Shown here in pieces: positions 59,419-64,000 of a stretch of DNA of 64,000 bases. Under the pieces are notes generated by a model. It searched no databases and was not told the DNA's origin. It saw only the letters and a list, made by a program, of their open reading frames with translations. The position numbers and the translations under genes were made by a program. Origin of the DNA: Candidatus Marinacidobacterium sp. (GTDB lineage Bacteria; Acidobacteriota; Vicinamibacteria; Marinacidobacterales; Marinacidobacteraceae); contig OZ242011.1 of assembly GCA_965204755.1 (NCBI GenBank), positions 2,176,001-2,240,000 of the forward strand, written 5' to 3'. Within the stretch, counting starts at the first letter, position 1; each line of letters opens with the position of its first letter.

Positions 59419-59510
59419 TTTTCCCCGCCGGTCGGGCGCCGCGGGCTCTCCGCCGTCCTCGATGGCGCGCCGGGCGCGCCGGCCCAACATCTTCACGGGG
59501 AGATCCACCC

Positions 59511-60551
59511 ATGGCATCGAATTTCCGTTTTGCGGCGCTCGTCGTCTGCTGCGCCGCCCTGACTGCCGCGTCCGTCCGTCCGGCCGAGGCCCAGGACACG
59601 CCGGCCGCGCGGTGCAGCGTCGCCGTCAACGCCCAGGATCTCGACGGGGTCATCGACGCGTGCCCCGCCGCCCTGGAGGAACTTCCGACGGATCATCCCT
59701 TCTACGACCACTTCCAGCAGACCCTGAACTACGCCTTCGGGCAGCGGTGCACCCCGGCGGCGCAATCCCAGGACTGGGATTCGGTGCTCACCTACTGCGT
59801 GCCGGCGGCCCCGATGAATCCCGGATTGAACTTCGTCATCGGCCTCGCCTACCAGGCCAAGCAGGACTGGGCCAACGCCGGCCCCTACTTCGAAGCGTTC
59901 GTCAACGCCGGCGGCGGCCAGGCGGAACAGGTGGCGCTCGCGCAGCGCAGCGGCGGGATCGCCCTCGCGCGGGCCGGCGCTCCGGACCGCGCCGTCCCGT
60001 TGCTGCAAGGCGCCGCGCGAGCGAAACCCGACGATGTCGAGGTCCAGTACCGGCTGGGAGTCGCCCTTCTCCGCATGGGAGACACCGACGGCGGCGAACG
60101 GGCGCTCGGAGCGGTGATCGACGCGGCGCCGGCGGGATCCGCGGCGCGCATGCAGGCGCTCTTCATGGCCGGACAGGTCAACCACCAGGCGGGCGACTTC
60201 GCCAAGGCGGCGGAACGCCTCGGCGAGTACCTGGGCGCCGACCCGGACGGCGAGCGGGCTGCCGATGTCCACTACATGTTGGGCCAAGCCCTCCAAGGCT
60301 CGGACACCGCGCAGGCCGCGACCCACTACCGCGGCTTCCTCGACCGGGCCGGGAGCGCCGCGGACGATCCACGGGTCGCCGATGCGGCCTACGCCGCCGG
60401 CACCATCTACTACAACGGCGACGACTGCGCGAATGCCGAGACCTTCTACCAGCGCTTCATCGAGGTCGCTTCGAGCGATGATCGCGCCGCCCAGGTCCAG
60501 GAGATCCTCGCGTCGATCGCCGAGGGGGCGTGCGGCGGCGACCGCTGCTGA
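59511..60551 (+). CDS. Secreted TPR protein, paralog 2
   Basis: ATG 59511 follows GGGGAG; signal peptide, TPRs, two CX15C units. Confidence 0.82.
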   Translation: MASNFRFAALVVCCAALTAASVRPAEAQDTPAARCSVAVNAQDLDGVIDACPAALEELPTDHPFYDHFQQTLNYAFGQRCTPAAQSQDWDSVLTYCVPAAPMNPGLNFVIGLAYQAKQDWANAGPYFEAFVNAGGGQAEQVALAQRSGGIALARAGAPDRAVPLLQGAARAKPDDVEVQYRLGVALLRMGDTDGGERALGAVIDAAPAGSAARMQALFMAGQVNHQAGDFAKAAERLGEYLGADPDGERAADVHYMLGQALQGSDTAQAATHYRGFLDRAGSAADDPRVADAAYAAGTIYYNGDDCANAETFYQRFIEVASSDDRAAQVQEILASIAEGACGGDRC

Positions 60552-60633
60552 TCGCTGCCCTATCGGACAACTCCATCGCCTGCCGACGGTCGGCAGGCAG
60601 GGCTTTCGGACGGGCCGTGAGCGGCGCGGCGTG

Positions 60634-60642
60634 TGCTAATCT
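60634..60642 (+). promoter_or_regulatory. Extended -10 element
   Basis: TGCTAATCT, identical to the element at 11712-11720. Confidence 0.45.
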
Positions 60643-60801
60643 GACCGGCTGAAATTCGCGGGTTTCGGCCCGCGACGGTCGTGATGCGGGCGGCCGGCTC
60701 CGTCAGGTTCGGTGTTCGCTGCCTGCAGGCCCCGTTGCCTCGGCCAGTCCCTTCGGCCTGTTCCTCGTCGGCCTGCCGCTTCCGACGCAAGGAGATTCCC
60801 C

Positions 60802-61953
60802 ATGTTCCTGTGGTTCGCCGCCTTCCTACTGACAGCGCCCGGTCTGCCCGGTCTGCCCGGTTCCGCGCTCGCGTCCGCCGAGGCCGCTCCGCAACTCACC
60901 ATCGAGCGGGTCGTCGAGGACGACGACGAGGAAGGCGCCCCCTGCCGGGACGCCATCGAGGCGCAGGACTGGGGTGAGGTGATCACCCTCTGCGAGGCGC
61001 TTCTCGATGTCCGGGAAGCCGCCTTGGCGGAGATGGACGAGAGCAGCCGGGATTGGGCCCCCACGAAGGACAATGTGGAGACCACCAAGCAGAATGTGGA
61101 CTACGCCTACCGGATGCTCTGCGAGGGCGCGGCGCAGGCTCAGGACTGGGGCTCTGCTATCGCGAACTGCGGCCCGGCGGCGGAGCGCTACCCGGATGCG
61201 TTCCAGTTCCAACTCTACCTGGCGCTCGGCCATCAGGCGGCCCAGGACACCGAGGCGTCGGTCGCGTCGTTCCGCGCGTTTTTGGACGGCGTGCAGGGGA
61301 ATCCGGAAATGGCCGCGCAACTCGCCCAGCAGGTCGCCTTCGCGCAGAAGAGTCTGGGGATCGCGCTGCTCACGACCGGGGACCGCGCGGCGGCGCTGCC
61401 CGTGCTTCGCGATGCGGCGGCGGCGAGTCCGGGCGACCCCGAACTCCAGACCCGCCTCGGTCTCGTCCTCCTGGAGGAAGACGACGAAGGCGCCGACGCC
61501 ACGCTGGACACGGCGATCGGCCTCAACGCCGACAACCCCCAAGTCCTGGAGAGCATCTACCAGGAGATCTTCCGGTTCGGCGCCAACAGTTTCAACGAGC
61601 AGGAATACGCGGCCGCCATGGCCCGCTTGACGAAGTACCTGTCCGGCCAACCGGACGGCGAGTACGCCACCGACGCCCACTTCATGGTGGCGGAGATCGC
61701 GATCCGGGACAACGAGAACGCCCTGGCCATGGAGCACTACCGGGCGTTCCTCGAACGCGCTCCGAGCGACCCTCGCGCGGCCGATGTCAACTTCCGGGTC
61801 GGCGAGTACTACTTCCAGCGCCGGGACTGCAACACCGCGGAGCGCTACTACCGGCGCTACATGGCCCAAGGCGGACGAAGCGGCCAGAACGCCGCGTATG
61901 TCGAGGACATCCTCCTCGACTTCGAAGACGGGATCTGCGAACCCGGCGACTGA
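60802..61953 (+). CDS. Secreted TPR protein, paralog 3
   Basis: ATG 60802 follows AAGGAG; signal peptide, TPRs, two CX15C units. Confidence 0.82.
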   Translation: MFLWFAAFLLTAPGLPGLPGSALASAEAAPQLTIERVVEDDDEEGAPCRDAIEAQDWGEVITLCEALLDVREAALAEMDESSRDWAPTKDNVETTKQNVDYAYRMLCEGAAQAQDWGSAIANCGPAAERYPDAFQFQLYLALGHQAAQDTEASVASFRAFLDGVQGNPEMAAQLAQQVAFAQKSLGIALLTTGDRAAALPVLRDAAAASPGDPELQTRLGLVLLEEDDEGADATLDTAIGLNADNPQVLESIYQEIFRFGANSFNEQEYAAAMARLTKYLSGQPDGEYATDAHFMVAEIAIRDNENALAMEHYRAFLERAPSDPRAADVNFRVGEYYFQRRDCNTAERYYRRYMAQGGRSGQNAAYVEDILLDFEDGICEPGD

Positions 61954-61977
61954 CCTCGACTGACCTCGACTGACCTC
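61948..61977 (+). repeat. 10-bp tandem repeat x3 (GACTGACCTC) at a stop codon
   Basis: Read directly from the sequence. Confidence 0.9.
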
Positions 61978-62013
61978 GGTCGGGGCCGGGCCGGTCGCGC
62001 CGGCCGCCCCCGC

Positions 62014-62505
62014 TCAGGCCGGCGGGGCCTCGAGGGACCTGCCGCCGAAAGGCGCCCCGGCGGGGCGCCGCAGGTAGCGGGGGAGGAGCGGGGTTCCGAG
62101 GAGGCGCAGCCGCTGGCGCTCCACTCCCCAGATCCGGGCCAGGAGCAGGTTGAGGTAGCGGAGTTCGGAGAGCGAGTAACGCACCCCGCCGCTGCGGTAG
62201 CGCCCGAGCCAGTGGCCCGGAAGCGTGCTGGCGACCTCGAACCAGCGGTGGTCCGCCTCGGCGGTGGTCTTCCGCGCCGTTTCCAGCGAGCACGCGACGA
62301 CCTGCAGCAGCGACCCGGGCTCCAGGAGGCGGCCGGCCGCCGCCACCGAGGCCACCCCCCGCAGCAGGTAGAGCAGGCACCAGCGCACTTCCGGCGTGAG
62401 GGACTCGGGATCCCCGAGCATCCGGGGAGCGAGGAAGGCGGCGGCGCTCTCCCGATCGTCGAGCAGCAGCCGGTGGAGCGCCGCCCGCAGCGCGCCGTGG
62501 GGCAT
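62014..62505 (-). CDS. Hypothetical protein
   Basis: Helical, Leu-rich 163-aa ORF co-oriented with the upstream gene. Confidence 0.55.
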   Translation of the reverse strand: MPHGALRAALHRLLLDDRESAAAFLAPRMLGDPESLTPEVRWCLLYLLRGVASVAAAGRLLEPGSLLQVVACSLETARKTTAEADHRWFEVASTLPGHWLGRYRSGGVRYSLSELRYLNLLLARIWGVERQRLRLLGTPLLPRYLRRPAGAPFGGRSLEAPPA

Positions 62506-62590
62506 GGAGGGGTTCCCGGATGCCGCGATCAGCGGGATCTGAAGCGGGAAAAACCGCCCGACCCGGCGGGGCCGTCGATCGTCGCGCCGG

Positions 62591-64000
62591 TCACCGCCGA
62601 CGCTCCCGGGAGTCGTTCGCTCCCGCCCGAGGCCCTCTACCGCCGCCCTCGGCGTCGGTCGGAGACTCTCCGGGTCGGTCGTCCAGGAAGCCGTGGATCA
62701 CCTCCGGCCCGAGGCGGCGGGTGTTGTATTCCTCCGCCCAGCGGAGGAGCGTTTCGTTCGCCGGATACTCGTCCTCCGGGTAGGGGTACGCGCTCATCCC
62801 GTGGAACGGGAGCGGCGCCACGGTGTGCGGACGGGCGGAGTTCAGGTCCATGTCCTTTCCGAAGCCGTCGGCGAGCAGGAAGAAAGCCCGATGGCTTCCG
62901 GGCGGCGGAGGAGGCGCGGCGGAGGCGTCGAAGCGCAGGAGGATCTCGTCGCCGTGCCGCGCGATGACATACCGGTCGTCCACGGCGGTGAGCAGCGGGC
63001 GGACCTCGCCGTATCGCGTGTAGCCCCCTTCGTGGGCGCCCCAGGTGTCCGAGGCGCGGCGGCGCTCGTAGCGGTACTCGACCGGAGGCCGCCCGGAGGG
63101 GCGGTGGGGCTCCGGGTAGCCGGCGAACCGCAGTTCCGCGGTGTCCGGATCCAACTCGAATCGCCGGATCCCGGCGTCCGGGGCCGCCTCGGCGATCTCG
63201 ATCCGGTCCCAGTAGATCCGCATGTTCGTCGAGATGCGGAGCGTGACCGCCGAGCCGTAGTCGCGTTTCGGGAGGGGGACGACCATGGTCTTCGGCAGAC
63301 CGGCCGGGAACCCCATCGAAGGGACCAGCGGCAGGAACCCGTCGCCGTCGGCGATCTCGAGTGACGGCGGGGACGCCGCCACCCCGGCCTGCGAGGCGGC
63401 CAGGTTCGAACTCGAGTCCGCGTAGTCCACCCACCCGTAGAGGAGCAGCACCGGCGCCGGGTTCGGCCGCACTCCCTCGAAGTGGAGGTCGAGGTGGTGG
63501 GTCTCGGCGTAGCCCTTGAACGGCAGGTTCTCGAAGTCGTCCACATAGTCCCGGTCCACGCTGAGGAGCCGGTCGGTAACTTCGCGGGCATCCCGGCCGG
63601 CCGCGCGGGAGACCGCCCGGCCCGGCGGGCGCCGGTTCCGCACGGCGACCAGCGCCGGCGGCGGATAGGGGGGGGCGGGCATCAGGCGCTCGTCGGGGAA
63701 CAGGTCCACCCCCTCCGGCGCGTCCGCGATCCACAGGGAGGCGCGGTCGTAGAAGATGACCTCTTCGAGTTGGTTCACCCAACGGAACTCGTAGGCCCCG
63801 TTCCGGGGCGCCGGGGAGAACGATTCCAGTTTCACCACTTCGGCGGTGTCGGGCGTGTTGAAAACGCCGGGCGCCAGCAGGTTGCCGATCGCGCTGCCTC
63901 CCAGGAAGTCCGTCACGAAACGCGTGCGCTCGCCGTCCCAGGCGTAGAGCACCGGGCAGGAAGTCCCTTTCCGGTTCAGTTCCTCGATGGAGGCCACCCG
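62591..64000 (-). CDS. C-terminal part of a CRTAC1/ASPIC-UnbV-type protein (N-terminus outside the window)
   Basis: SCPVLYAWDG...FVTD, GFPAGLPKT, TNMRIYWD, YTRYG, GFGKDMD, PLPFHGM. Confidence 0.75.
   Translation of the reverse strand, partial: RVASIEELNRKGTSCPVLYAWDGERTRFVTDFLGGSAIGNLLAPGVFNTPDTAEVVKLESFSPAPRNGAYEFRWVNQLEEVIFYDRASLWIADAPEGVDLFPDERLMPAPPYPPPALVAVRNRRPPGRAVSRAAGRDAREVTDRLLSVDRDYVDDFENLPFKGYAETHHLDLHFEGVRPNPAPVLLLYGWVDYADSSSNLAASQAGVAASPPSLEIADGDGFLPLVPSMGFPAGLPKTMVVPLPKRDYGSAVTLRISTNMRIYWDRIEIAEAAPDAGIRRFELDPDTAELRFAGYPEPHRPSGRPPVEYRYERRRASDTWGAHEGGYTRYGEVRPLLTAVDDRYVIARHGDEILLRFDASAAPPPPPGSHRAFFLLADGFGKDMDLNSARPHTVAPLPFHGMSAYPYPEDEYPANETLLRWAEEYNTRRLGPEVIHGFLDDRPGESPTDAEGGGRGPRAGANDSRERRR

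Noticed and set aside
1-64000. rRNA, tRNA, transposase, integrase or prophage genes
   Set aside because: None recognised on either strand

Overview
High-GC (~70% by eye) bacterial chromosome segment. The Acidobacteria-type VWA, twin cyclophilin, CRTAC1-like and TPR genes suggest Acidobacteriota (inference). Core content: rlmN (truncated), tyrS, purN, purM; a yycJ-like gene followed by purB-purS-purQ-purL-purF; several peptidases and hydrolases; rpoZ; a Rieske/cytochrome b + octaheme cytochrome c + A1 heme-copper oxidase cluster; trpDCFBA; three secreted TPR paralogs. Accessory inserts cluster around the purine genes: a convergent type II R-M pair, an AAA/DUF4143 gene, an orphan beta-class methyltransferase with a small ORF, and a DprA+PRTase pair. 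The strongest candidate for something undescribed is a tandem pair of ~100-nt structured RNAs between purS and purQ, each with its own -10 box, identical scaffold blocks and two variable loops. Other notable observations: tandem NrdR-like boxes in front of a purine (not nrd) operon, an apparently catalytically dead DAHP-synthase homolog next to the trp genes, window-wide depletion of AGCT and ACGT, and a CX15C-stapled TPR family. All calls come from reading the sequence and motifs by eye; no searches were run, and several start codons are my estimates.
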